Positions 1 through 9,274 of a stretch of DNA of 64,000 nucleotides are shown piece by piece. Source of the stretch: a virus. The notes under the pieces were generated by a model. That model was not told where the DNA came from. It saw only the letters and a program-made list of their open reading frames with translations, and did no database searches. The position numbers and the translations under genes are program-made. Location: IMG/VR virus record IMGVR_UViG_3300006028_000002, positions 1 to 64,000 of that record; one strand, given 5' to 3'. Every line of letters begins with the position of its first letter. Position 1 is the stretch's first letter.

Positions 1-108
1 ATCACCCACCGCGGCCAGATGATCCGCCAATCGATCCCCGCAGCTGGGACACAGCAGATATCCCTCACCAGCCGGTCGGGTACACGCCACACAGGCCCTT
101 GCCGCCAT
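1..108 (-). CDS. 5' part of a Zn-finger phage protein (runs off the window)
   Basis: My translation from ATG at 108 after GAAAGG: MAARACVACTRPAGEGYLLCPSCGDRLADHL (two CxxC). Not in the ORF track because it is truncated. Confidence 0.6.
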   Translation of the reverse strand, partial: MAARACVACTRPAGEGYLLCPSCGDRLADHLAAVGD

Positions 109-375
109 GGGCAGCCTTTCCACGGTGCCGTCGCGGAAGGCGTAAGCGGGGTCCAGGCTCGCGCTGTCGTTGAGGTCTACGCCCCAGATGCAACACGTCA
201 ACACCCGGGCAAGCCGCCCAGATGCCCGCGCGTTGTCTGGCGGGCGATGGCATCGACCGCAACACAGAACCAGGTTAGGGATCTAGGGGTAGTTGGTTAG
301 CGGTTGGTAAGCTGCTACGCTGGACACCGCGTAAGGCCCGTACCTACCCCGAATTGGTAAAGCGCATACGCACCC

Positions 376-412
376 GCGGCCCCCGCTGCTACTAACCTCC
401 AGCGGGGGTCGC
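376..412. terminator. GC-rich hairpin after the replication operon
   Basis: GCGGCCCCCGCTG ... CAGCGGGGGTCGC, 13-bp stem with one non-WC pair and an 11-nt loop; no U-tract. Confidence 0.45.
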
Positions 413-469
413 ATCACATTGTGGATTTACACTCATGATCTGACTAACCCATCGAGGAGTGACAACCAA

Positions 470-712
470 TTACTCTCCGGTCATCTCATCGATTCTTTTA
501 ATCAACTCATCGGTGTCCCCCGGCGCAATCTCATCCCACGGGTATGACGCCTTCCCCGACATTCGCGCAGGCATCACATAACCTGCGTACAAGGGGTCAC
601 CGAAACAGTCCAACCAATCCTCTAAACTCGCAATAATAACGCTCAAAACAATCCGATCAGCGTCCTCGCGCGCCATGACCACCTCATCTATGCCTTGGTG
701 CTCTCCTGCCAC
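470..712 (-). CDS. hypothetical protein
   Basis: 80-aa acidic ORF overlapping the end of the endonuclease gene; low GC. Confidence 0.55.
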   Translation of the reverse strand: MAGEHQGIDEVVMAREDADRIVLSVIIASLEDWLDCFGDPLYAGYVMPARMSGKASYPWDEIAPGDTDELIKRIDEMTGE

Positions 713-1338
713 TTAACCAAATAATTCAGTAACCCTACTAATCTCGGTACGCTCTCACTCAGTAACCCTAGGGCCGTATTACAGCTTTGGCATAGTACAC
801 CACGTAGATCACCAGTATCATGTTCGTGATCTAAATGCTTACCAGCGGAATCCCCCTTGACATCAGTAATGCTTTCTCCGCATGCCTCGCATCGATCACA
901 CATATCCACCGCTGCCAATTCCTTAAATCCCAAACCATAACGCAGCGAACGGCTATAGTGTGACCTACATAAACCTTTCGCCTGAGCCGTCTGCACACAG
1001 CCCTCCACAGCACATGCGAATTCATCTAAATCAAAACGCACACCAGCATGACGAACTTTAGGCGGTAGTGTCCCATCCCGAGTATGCCGTTGGTAGTGCA
1101 ACGAACATAAGTTACGCGCCACCACAGCAGCACCACAACCATCCTCAGCACACTCGCTCGCTGCCCATAGACGTTTTTGTCGATGTACCCTCACACGAGT
1201 ACCATTTAGATCAACTAGTTTAGGCGGAAGCGTACCAGCCATTCTATGATGATAGTAATGAGAGGAGCACAGGTTACGCGAATGAGGTATACGATCACAG
1301 CCATCTTCGATACATACCGCTAGCTGCATAGTTTTCAT
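688..1338 (-). CDS. endonuclease VII-family (His-Me) nuclease with three N-terminal CCCH repeats
   Basis: C-terminal CEAC...HLDHEHDTGDLRGVLCQSCNTALG; three C-x4-C-x9-LC-x2-HY repeats; AT-richer than flanks. Confidence 0.85.
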   Translation of the reverse strand: MKTMQLAVCIEDGCDRIPHSRNLCSSHYYHHRMAGTLPPKLVDLNGTRVRVHRQKRLWAASECAEDGCGAAVVARNLCSLHYQRHTRDGTLPPKVRHAGVRFDLDEFACAVEGCVQTAQAKGLCRSHYSRSLRYGLGFKELAAVDMCDRCEACGESITDVKGDSAGKHLDHEHDTGDLRGVLCQSCNTALGLLSESVPRLVGLLNYLVKWQESTKA

Positions 1339-1343
1339 ATCCG

Positions 1344-4300
1344 CTATCCCTTCGACAACTCATGGTCATTACTCAACCATCGATTACTCGGAACTTTCCA
1401 TTTCGGTTCAGCCTTAATCTTCACGCCGTACAACTCACCCGACATGCACTCTATCAAAGTGTTCATCGCCTCTGGTGCCTCAGCGGCCGGCACATTCGCT
1501 AAGATTTCATCATGAACAGGAACTAGAATACCTCCACGCCGGCCCCACTTAGTGTCGTAACGCCATCGTAAGAGGCCGTCTACCAGGGTCTCTCTGGCGG
1601 TTCCCTGTACCAGATAGTTGACGATTTTGTGCGGGAATTCGCGGGGTAGCCGCAGCACCCGACCCGAGTACAGGGTGATCGAATCCATGCCGTCTTTCAC
1701 CCGATCACGCATCTGATAACCCCAGCGCTTGACACCCGGGGCCAGCTCATCGAGCGCGTCCACCATGCGTTGGGCCTCGGCCTCGCTGCATCCCACCGTG
1801 TTGGCAATGCGCCAGATGCCCGCGCCATAGAGTTTCGCGAACACCCCGTTTTTCACGTATCCGTACTGGCGGGTGGTGTGATCCGGTCCATACACCTGGA
1901 CAGCAATGATCTTATGCAGTTTGCGGCCGGAGGCGACCAGATCCAAAAGCACCTGGTCCTGGGACAGCGCGGCCAGCACCGCCACCTCGATACCAAACAA
2001 GTCGGCATCGATGAATAGCTCCCCCGGATCGGCGATAAAGCATTCCCGAATACCGCCATGGCTCGGGATGTTCTGTAAGTTTTCATGAACACAGGACATT
2101 CTGCCAGTGTCGGCTTGCAATGTGTACACGGTAGACCGCATTCGCCCGTCCCCGTGCGTGCACAACAAATGATAAGGCCCCAGATAAGCGGTCAACAATC
2201 GATTGTGTTTGCGGAAATCCAGCACCGTATCGATCACGGGTGCCAGCGCATCGGTGCGCGGTAGCCGGGCCAGCACGTCGGCGGCCACACTCGGCTTGCC
2301 GGATTTTTCGCCGAGCGGCAGCTGGCCGGGGTGCGGGCCCACCGTGACCCCGCGGGCCAGCAGGGCTGCGGCGATCTGGTCGTTTGAGCCAGGGTTGTCG
2401 ATGCCCAGACCGGTCAGTGCCCGCCGGGCGGCGTCGCGGGCCGGGGTGTGCTCGGCGATTTTGGCCTCGATGTGCTCGCGATCCAGGCGCAGCCCGAGGA
2501 AGGAAACCGCGCCCACTGCCGCCTGTACGGCCCTCTCGCGGTCGTAGACGCCCTGGGCAGGCATGGGGAGGGTCTCGCCTAGGGCAGCGCAGTCCAGGAC
2601 GTCTGAGACCGCGTAGTCGGCCTGTGTGCGGCATCGAGGGTTGACCTGTGCCCAGCCGGAGCGTTCCCAGGCCACCCAGCCGCCGGTCTCCTCGATGCCG
2701 GAGTTTCTGACCTTGGTGTCGGTGGTCCAGCCGGCCTTGCGGAACAGCTGGGCGCGCCGGGCCTCGGCACCCGGGCTGACCGGATCGCTCAAATGCAGCT
2801 CGGACTGTGGCTTGAGCCCGGCATCCGAGCTCAAGGTGCCCACCGGGTTGTGCAGCTGAGCTTTGATCACCACATCGTGCGCACGAGCCCAGCCGTCCCG
2901 GTAATCGATCATCCCCAGCGCAGCCAGGTGCGAGATCTCCACCGCGGCTGAGTACGCCTCCAGCTCGCGCGCTTGGGCCAGCAACACCACACAGGTGGCG
3001 AACTGAACCGGATCGGCCACGTCGAACACCACGGCGTCATCCCGGTTGCCCAGCTGCACGGTGCGCACCGCGTGATCCGGGTGACCGATCGGATAGCCGG
3101 TGGATTCGATGTCCACGGTGAGCCGGCCAGGTGCAACCCGGTTGGTCATCGCTGCGCGCACGATCTGCCCGGCCACCTCGATCGAGACGCTGTGCGTGGC
3201 ACCGTGGCGCGTCTTGTGCGCGGGCAGCTCCAGAAGATCACCGCCCAGCTCGGCGATGGTGGCCGTTTTCGCGAGGGCCGAACGGATCCCGCGCAGTCGT
3301 TTGTCGATTTCCTTGACCGTGGCGACCAGTTGATCTTTCGCGTAGGCGTAGATGGCGTGCAGCGGATCCTCCGGCGGCGTTTTCTTGATCAGCTTGGTGA
3401 GTTGGTTGCGCTGATCCCGTGCCTGCGCGAGCTGGGCTGCTGTTTCCGCCTCCTGTACCTCTAATGGAGTATCCGTAACAGTGTTTTTATTGCTCGGTGC
3501 CGGCATGATCGCCGAGTCGTACGCGGCACCGCCCTCTTTTGCCTGCTCAAGTGGGGTAGTAAGATCATCGGTGCCGTGTTCCGGGTTTGCTTCCGGTTTA
3601 CGCCCTATAGCGCTTATACGATCTTGATGGGTAGTAAGATCATTATCCCCTATAAGGGTTATAAGGGGTGAGTAACCCGGCACACCCGGCACAATATCAA
3701 ATACACTACTAATAATAGCAGGTCCCGATACATCTTGATCTTGTGCCGGGTTTGCGTTCCGGGTTGTTCCGGTGCCGGGTTGGTTTTCGCTCGAACCTGG
3801 CACCGATATATCGTGACCGTTACTCAAATTGATCGTTATTAGGGTACCCTCATCTACTGTTTGCGGTGTCGCAACAGTTGCGCCCTGAGCTAGTGGATCA
3901 ATTTGGATCATGCTCGACGTCTGTTCGGGTGACGCTGGTGCACAATCCGTGCTCGTTTCCTGGTATTCGATACCCAACGCCGCATTTGCGTGGTCATCCG
4001 TGGAGCCGCTCTGGTTTTGCGGAGCGACATTCCCCGTAGCTGAACGACCATCCGCATCTGCGGAACCCTGTCGATCTTCCGTGGTGACCAGTGGGGGCAT
4101 GTCGGGCTGCTGCGCCGGGTTGGCCGGTCGGTATGGCGGGGGCACCGGGGGCCCGTAGTGGGTGGCACGCTTGCGCAGCGGTCGGACGCGCCCGTGCTCG
4201 CGGGTTTTGCTCTGCGGGTAGCCCAGGTCGGTAAGCCGGCGACCAAACAGGGTGGATGTCATGACCGGGGCCCGTGGTTCGATCCGGCGAAACCATTCCA

Positions 4301-6638
4301 CGAACCACTGGCGCAGCGTGGTGGCGTTGGTGCCCTGCTCGCAGCGCTCCATCTCGGCCTCGATCCACTGGCGTACCGGGTCTTCCTCGGCTGCGATGTC
4401 CTCGGCCCGCCAGCGGATCGGCTCGGGCGCCCGGTACTGCGCGGCGGTATCCGGCTCGGCCAGCCATTCGGCGCTGTAGTGCATGAGCTTGGCCAGCACG
4501 CCCGGGGCCTCGGCATGCCAGACGGCAGGGGTGATCACGCGCCGGGTGCGGGCCACCTCGGTCATGTCGCCTTCGCACGGAATCAGCCGCACCCGGCGGC
4601 GCAGCGCCGGATCCTGAAAGTTGGGGGACTCTTCCTCATTGCAGGTGAGCACCAGGGTGTGGGTGGGCTCGAAGGTTACCGGGTTGCCCCGCATCGGGTT
4701 GCCGGTGAGCGCCGCGCCCCCGGTGAGCTGTTTGAGCCGCGCGGTGGCTAGCTCGCCGCGTCGCGGGGCCTCATCGATGAACGCCAGCCGGATGCCTTTG
4801 AGCGCGAACACGATGGAGGCATGTGCGTTGTCGGCGGAGACCAGTAGCCGGGGGTCGGCCGCCATGCCGTAGGTGCCGAGCAGCGACATGATCAGGTTGA
4901 TGATCGAGGTCTTACCAGCCCCAGTAGGCCCGATGAGTAGCGGCAGCACCGCATCCGCATAGCCGGTCAAGGCCACCGAGAGCACCCGCAGCGCCCACTC
5001 CCGGATGGCGGGGTCTGGCCAGATGGCCGCGGTGTAGGCGTCCCAGTGCGGCGTAGGTGCCCGGGTACCGGCACCGGAGGGTGCGACCCCGGCGGTATGC
5101 AGGTGCGGGGTGTCGGAGGGCACCAGGGCCATCGCCGGGCGTTCCCGGGACCGACGCAGATCCCAGGCCAGCTGGCCAGCCCACAGTATCTCCGGGTCGG
5201 CGTCCAGCTCGGCGGTGGTGGTGGTGGCGGGGTGTCCATCGGTGCGGACCATGGCCCTCATCTTCTGTGCGATGCGGGAGGATTTACCGGCCTCCCCGAA
5301 GGCGGATTTGCGCTTGGCGCGGTTCTTGGACTCGTCACTCTCGGAGTCGGGATCACCATCGGGCATCAGCTCGTAGAGCTCGGTGATCGCCCAGTCGGTC
5401 AGGTCGCCGGGGCTGATCCGCCAGTTGTGCGCGCCCCGCACCAGCCAGGCGCCGGTATCGGAGAGGTAGCGCATCACCGGGCCCATCCGCACCAGCGCGG
5501 CAGCGGCCAGCTTGTGATCGATGAGTCCGCGCGGGTCGAAAGCCTCGGTGCCGATCAGTGCCCGACGTGACCAGAGCGTGGGGGCAGCCGGAGCGAGGAT
5601 CTCCTCACCGGGGGCCTCGGTGGCGTCATCCGGGCCGCTGGCCGCCGGTCGGGGGGCTGCGACCACCTGCATCATCAGGCACGGGTCGTAGTGCGCACGG
5701 GCGGTTAGACCGGTGCCGGTGAGCTCCGAGAGGGCCTTGCGCGCGGCGGACAGGGCCATCGCGTCGAACTCGTGCCCGCGGTTTTCCCCGGCGGTGAGGG
5801 TTTCCCACTGCTCGCGCAACGCGGCCAGTGCCGGGCCGGTGCCGGTGTGCCCGAACGCGCCGGCCCGGACCAGGGCGTACACCCGCCGGGTGGTGGTGTC
5901 GTGGCGCGAGCCGGCGGCAGCGGCCTCCATGTCCTCGGTGGCGGTGAGCCGGATATTGGTGATGTCGGCGCACTCGGGCCGGTCATCGGCCAGTAGTTGG
6001 GTGAGCAGCACCGCACCCTCGGCAACCGGCGCGGCCAGCGCACTGGGACGGGTGGCACCCTCGGCCAGGGCCACCACCCACGCCACTGGTAGCTCGGGCA
6101 GATCCCCCGGCGTCGGGATGCGCTCGGCGGGCGAGCCATCGGGGCCATACCAGCGATAGGGCGCGCCCACCTCATGATGGATTGACGGTGCCACGACGCA
6201 GTAACGATGGTGGCGTTGGAGGATCTCGATGGCGGACTCGGGCCCCAGGTTGGCCGCGTAGCGCCCCGGTGGCACCCGGTAGAACAACGTGCGCGACGGG
6301 CCGGGCGCATCCTCGGTGCCACGTGCGGTGGATGCCCAGGTGGACGGGAGTGATCCCAGCCGGGCCTCCCACTCGGCGAGCACCTCTGCGCCGCGTTTGT
6401 CGACGGAGCCTTTCTGGTAGTGATCGATATCGATTCCGATGACGTTAGCGGGCATGCGCAGCGCAATTGAGTGATAGGCCCTGGTGCGTTCCCATTCTTG
6501 GAGAATGGCTAAGTCAGTGTTTGATCCGTTGTCCCCTGTGTAGCCAGCTGGAGGTGGTGTTTTGGTTTGGGCAGGAACAGGCAGTATGCAATTCCATCCA
6601 GCATCGTAGTATTGGCGCCATGCTGTGCTGAACACCAT
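1344..6638 (-). CDS. fused replicase: prim-pol (AEP) + SF3/D5-like helicase + 3'-5' exonuclease + family A DNA polymerase
   Basis: IGIDID and VVAPSIH (prim-pol); GPTGAGKTS, AFIDE, LVLTCN (SF3 A/B/C); VDIESTG and YAVSD (Exo I/III); TGRMS..NLQNIP, DADLFGIE, KNGVFAKLYG, VQGTA, VHDEI (PolA); one continuous 1764-aa frame. Confidence 0.92.
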   Translation of the reverse strand: MVFSTAWRQYYDAGWNCILPVPAQTKTPPPAGYTGDNGSNTDLAILQEWERTRAYHSIALRMPANVIGIDIDHYQKGSVDKRGAEVLAEWEARLGSLPSTWASTARGTEDAPGPSRTLFYRVPPGRYAANLGPESAIEILQRHHRYCVVAPSIHHEVGAPYRWYGPDGSPAERIPTPGDLPELPVAWVVALAEGATRPSALAAPVAEGAVLLTQLLADDRPECADITNIRLTATEDMEAAAAGSRHDTTTRRVYALVRAGAFGHTGTGPALAALREQWETLTAGENRGHEFDAMALSAARKALSELTGTGLTARAHYDPCLMMQVVAAPRPAASGPDDATEAPGEEILAPAAPTLWSRRALIGTEAFDPRGLIDHKLAAAALVRMGPVMRYLSDTGAWLVRGAHNWRISPGDLTDWAITELYELMPDGDPDSESDESKNRAKRKSAFGEAGKSSRIAQKMRAMVRTDGHPATTTTAELDADPEILWAGQLAWDLRRSRERPAMALVPSDTPHLHTAGVAPSGAGTRAPTPHWDAYTAAIWPDPAIREWALRVLSVALTGYADAVLPLLIGPTGAGKTSIINLIMSLLGTYGMAADPRLLVSADNAHASIVFALKGIRLAFIDEAPRRGELATARLKQLTGGAALTGNPMRGNPVTFEPTHTLVLTCNEEESPNFQDPALRRRVRLIPCEGDMTEVARTRRVITPAVWHAEAPGVLAKLMHYSAEWLAEPDTAAQYRAPEPIRWRAEDIAAEEDPVRQWIEAEMERCEQGTNATTLRQWFVEWFRRIEPRAPVMTSTLFGRRLTDLGYPQSKTREHGRVRPLRKRATHYGPPVPPPYRPANPAQQPDMPPLVTTEDRQGSADADGRSATGNVAPQNQSGSTDDHANAALGIEYQETSTDCAPASPEQTSSMIQIDPLAQGATVATPQTVDEGTLITINLSNGHDISVPGSSENQPGTGTTRNANPAQDQDVSGPAIISSVFDIVPGVPGYSPLITLIGDNDLTTHQDRISAIGRKPEANPEHGTDDLTTPLEQAKEGGAAYDSAIMPAPSNKNTVTDTPLEVQEAETAAQLAQARDQRNQLTKLIKKTPPEDPLHAIYAYAKDQLVATVKEIDKRLRGIRSALAKTATIAELGGDLLELPAHKTRHGATHSVSIEVAGQIVRAAMTNRVAPGRLTVDIESTGYPIGHPDHAVRTVQLGNRDDAVVFDVADPVQFATCVVLLAQARELEAYSAAVEISHLAALGMIDYRDGWARAHDVVIKAQLHNPVGTLSSDAGLKPQSELHLSDPVSPGAEARRAQLFRKAGWTTDTKVRNSGIEETGGWVAWERSGWAQVNPRCRTQADYAVSDVLDCAALGETLPMPAQGVYDRERAVQAAVGAVSFLGLRLDREHIEAKIAEHTPARDAARRALTGLGIDNPGSNDQIAAALLARGVTVGPHPGQLPLGEKSGKPSVAADVLARLPRTDALAPVIDTVLDFRKHNRLLTAYLGPYHLLCTHGDGRMRSTVYTLQADTGRMSCVHENLQNIPSHGGIRECFIADPGELFIDADLFGIEVAVLAALSQDQVLLDLVASGRKLHKIIAVQVYGPDHTTRQYGYVKNGVFAKLYGAGIWRIANTVGCSEAEAQRMVDALDELAPGVKRWGYQMRDRVKDGMDSITLYSGRVLRLPREFPHKIVNYLVQGTARETLVDGLLRWRYDTKWGRRGGILVPVHDEILANVPAAEAPEAMNTLIECMSGELYGVKIKAEPKWKVPSNRWLSNDHELSKG
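3554..3783. repeat. candidate replication origin inside the replicase linker
   Basis: GGGTAGTAAGATCAT x2 (3554, 3629); TATAAGGG x2; tandem ACCCGGCAC; inverted ACCCGGCACAA (3684)/TTGTGCCGGGT (3741) around an AT-rich core; CCGGGTT at 3581, 3746, 3759, 3775. Confidence 0.65.
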
Positions 6639-6639
6639 T

Positions 6640-7128
6640 TCATTTCACCACCCTGTACGTATTCAGCACGGCAAATTCACCCCATGCGGCTAGTGCTGCT
6701 ATGTTGTAAGCTTGCGCTGCATCCCAGGGATTGTCAAAGTAACCAAGGCTCTTATGAGTGTAGTTTACAGTTATCTGTGCTTGCCACTTATTGCGCGATG
6801 GAATCCAGGTTATGCCTTTATAGGGAGATTTGTTACCTCGTTTTTGGCTGTTTGCCTCATTGGTTGATTTAGTGGCTATACGTAAGTTCAACCTTATGTT
6901 GTTCAGGCCGTTATTGTCTCTATGGTCAATCAGTTGGTGCGGTTGAGCATTCATAATTTGCCTATGCAGATATACGAAACGCCGTGGACCGCCCTCTATA
7001 ATACGAGTATAACGAGCTACGTATAGCTTTCCATTTGGTTTGACTACACGCCATTTGTGCGGTGTTATAAGTGGCCAGTCGTCATCGTCAAATACTGTGA
7101 CGTGTCCGGAGGGTAGTAATAGCTGCAT
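6640..7128 (-). CDS. HNH endonuclease with AP2 domain
   Basis: YLHRQIM...IDHRDNNGLNNIRLNLR + YKGITW...WQAQI...LGYF..AAQAYN. Start refined to MQLLLPSG (TGATG overlap with upstream stop). Low GC. Confidence 0.9.
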   Translation of the reverse strand: MQLLLPSGHVTVFDDDDWPLITPHKWRVVKPNGKLYVARYTRIIEGGPRRFVYLHRQIMNAQPHQLIDHRDNNGLNNIRLNLRIATKSTNEANSQKRGNKSPYKGITWIPSRNKWQAQITVNYTHKSLGYFDNPWDAAQAYNIAALAAWGEFAVLNTYRVVK

Positions 7129-7484
7129 CAGCCCACCTGCTCTAATTGTTGCCAGTCGATGCCCGCACCAGTCCCTAGGCAGATGGGGCACAGCCGAGCC
7201 CGGCTGCCGCGGTTTTTGAGCTTGCGCTCGGTGCGACGATCCACGCCCGCCCACACCCGGGCCAGCTGCCACGTGCTGCCGGCGGCCATGGCGACTCGCA
7301 CCAGATTGGCGCAATCCCCGTTGCCGCGAGCATGCGCGGCCAGCCGGGTCGCCAGATCCTCGCTCCATCCGAGGTAATGCGAAGCCCACTGCAATTTGCG
7401 CCCAGGTAATTGCACAGCCACGTAGGGCTTATCAAAATGCAGGAGATATACTGTACCTATGACGTTGGTTCGCACGATACCCAC
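7128..7484 (-). CDS. GIY-YIG-like nuclease
   Basis: VYLLHF...HYLGWSEDLATRLAAH...ERKLK, C-terminal CPIC. Confidence 0.7.
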   Translation of the reverse strand: MGIVRTNVIGTVYLLHFDKPYVAVQLPGRKLQWASHYLGWSEDLATRLAAHARGNGDCANLVRVAMAAGSTWQLARVWAGVDRRTERKLKNRGSRARLCPICLGTGAGIDWQQLEQVG

Positions 7485-7513
7485 CTACCCCGGTTTGTTT
7501 GCTTTATACTATT

Positions 7514-7633
7514 CTATCGACGGTACGTGCCTCTAATCTTGTGATAGAGCATGTTGATGGGCCCGGCTATCAGCGAATAGAATGACATGAGGGTGAACAT
7601 GACATTTTCTGCGAATCGCTGGAGTTTTTTCAT
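7514..7633 (-). CDS. small hypothetical protein (39 aa)
   Basis: GAGGTG RBS, MKKLQRFAENVMFTLMSFYSLIAGPINMLYHKIRGTYRR; fills the operon gap. Confidence 0.4.
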   Translation of the reverse strand: MKKLQRFAENVMFTLMSFYSLIAGPINMLYHKIRGTYRR

Positions 7634-7642
7634 GTCATCACC

Positions 7643-8101
7643 TCACGGTAGGGTGTGCCAGTTGGCGACAGGTGCTCTGCGTCCGATGGTGGGGGTTGCA
7701 AACGCCTGATCGGAGAGAGTCTGCTGCACATAACCTGCCACGTGGATACTAAAATAGGCTTTCTTGACGAGAGCTGGTGGTAGTTCTATGAGCCCACCGT
7801 CCGCGAGCACATGCTCTATCTCGTAGACCGGCATCTGGAGATCGGTAGCCAGATTGGCCTCCAGTGTGGCGCCTTTCGAGCGTTCCCAGCCGGGCAGCAC
7901 GATGACTGCGTTACACCATAACAGCGCGTGGGTGTCGCGTTTCATGCATTCCTGCCAGCCGCGTACCATATTGCCGTATTCGGCCGGGTTGATAATGACA
8001 TACCCACGGCTCCGTAGTTGGGTCGCCGCAGCATGGAAAGCCGGATGATTATGTTCGTCATCAACTCCGGCCATGGGTCCACACAGATAGTAGACGGTCA
8101 T
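7643..8101 (-). CDS. DUF4406 / nucleoside 2-deoxyribosyltransferase-like protein
   Basis: YYLCGPMAG...NHPAF...NPAE...LPGWERSKGATLE; GAAAGGA RBS before ATG 8101. Confidence 0.8.
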   Translation of the reverse strand: MTVYYLCGPMAGVDDEHNHPAFHAAATQLRSRGYVIINPAEYGNMVRGWQECMKRDTHALLWCNAVIVLPGWERSKGATLEANLATDLQMPVYEIEHVLADGGLIELPPALVKKAYFSIHVAGYVQQTLSDQAFATPTIGRRAPVANWHTLP

Positions 8102-8121
8102 GCTGCCATTCCTTTCGGTGC

Positions 8122-8349
8122 TCATAGCTGGGTGTCCATATACTGCGCCCACAATGCCGCGTAGGCAGCGAGTTGCAGAAGCTCTTTAACGGTGTGCTGC
8201 TGATCTTTCACGCCGTGCACGACGGCCAGCAACGGCCCCGCCAGCTCGTACAGGTGAGCTGCGCCGTCCCGGTCGTAGAAAGCATCGGTGTGGAATGGCA
8301 GGGCGGATGCCTGGATAGCATCCACGGTGATCGGGGTGAGCGGTATCAT
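8122..8349 (-). CDS. small helical protein, possibly degenerate MazG-like
   Basis: C-terminal KELLQLAAYAALW; ATGA overlap with the upstream gene. Confidence 0.5.
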   Translation of the reverse strand: MIPLTPITVDAIQASALPFHTDAFYDRDGAAHLYELAGPLLAVVHGVKDQQHTVKELLQLAAYAALWAQYMDTQL

Positions 8350-8747
8350 AATCGCTTGCCTCCATGCCGGTACGCGCGGGTGTAGTTGTACTTTGTTTTG
8401 CGGTCATACTCGGCCTGGAGATCGATCTTATGGACATAGCAGTAATGCAACAGTCGAATAAAAAGATCCGCGAATTCGGAGGCCACACCCTCTGGTTTGC
8501 CGTCCGGGCCTTCCCAGGAGTCGAATCCTCGGCGACGAAAAGCCTCGAAAGCCTCCGAAATCTCGCTGTGCAACAGGGTGCACTCATCTCCGAAAGTGCG
8601 GGCCTTGGCGTCTTCCTCCCAACCTTTCGACACCGCGATAGCGTAGGATTCCTGCGCCAGATCCTTGAGCAGCTGTGCTCGGGTTTGGGCAACCGCAGTG
8701 GTAATGCCCTGGGCGACGCTGATATCGGTATACCCTAAATCAGTCAT
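8346..8747 (-). CDS. MazG-like nucleotide pyrophosphohydrolase
   Basis: LLHSEISEAFEAFR...SEFADLFIRLL...KTKYNYTRAYRHGGK; start refined by ATGA overlap. Confidence 0.85.
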   Translation of the reverse strand: MTDLGYTDISVAQGITTAVAQTRAQLLKDLAQESYAIAVSKGWEEDAKARTFGDECTLLHSEISEAFEAFRRRGFDSWEGPDGKPEGVASEFADLFIRLLHYCYVHKIDLQAEYDRKTKYNYTRAYRHGGKRL

Positions 8748-9274
8748 GCTGGCACCTCGGCCATCTTGTGTCGTTTTGAGAGTGGATCCGGTACGCCCGC
8801 GTCGTGCACCGCGGTGAACAGGCAGTGTTTCGCGGCGGATCGGGCATGGGTCAGCTTGGCGACCAGTTTGGCGATGCCGGCCCGCTCCAGCCGGTCCACT
8901 GAGGCCCACGGCATGACCTGCGCGGCGGTGTGGCGTTTGATGGCGATGCGGGGATCGTGACCGGCCAGACCTTGGATCTGCCCACACATGCGCATGGTGG
9001 TGGCGTTGTCGCCGGGTGTGGAGACTTTCGCCGAGCGGTTGCCCACGACGTAGAGCTCATAGGTGATGATGACGAGCCTGACGTCACTGGGTAGGATTGC
9101 CTGGATGAACAACAGCAGGGCATCCGGGTTGCACTCGAAATAGATAGGCATCGTAGTGCGGATCTTGGATCCGTCTTTTTGCGGGGGTGAGTAGCGATCG
9201 GCGAAAACGCCGGGCTGCGGCCCCGGGTCCACGCCAATGATGGCGATGTCGTCTCGGGAGGTGTTTGTTCTCAT
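8744..9274 (-). CDS. RuvC-like Holliday junction resolvase
   Basis: IIGVDPG, ITYE and C-terminal HARSAAKH; replication operon context. Confidence 0.7.
   Translation of the reverse strand: MRTNTSRDDIAIIGVDPGPQPGVFADRYSPPQKDGSKIRTTMPIYFECNPDALLLFIQAILPSDVRLVIITYELYVVGNRSAKVSTPGDNATTMRMCGQIQGLAGHDPRIAIKRHTAAQVMPWASVDRLERAGIAKLVAKLTHARSAAKHCLFTAVHDAGVPDPLSKRHKMAEVPA

Noticed and set aside
3440-4150. Replicase linker as an intein or intron
   Set aside because: No intein terminal motifs or LAGLIDADG blocks seen; it lies between domains, is low complexity and is better explained by DNA repeats.
6640-7389. Longest-ORF starts in the track (also 8987, 17179, 47469, 48240)
   Set aside because: The extensions overlap upstream genes; internal starts with RBS or stop-start overlaps fit better.
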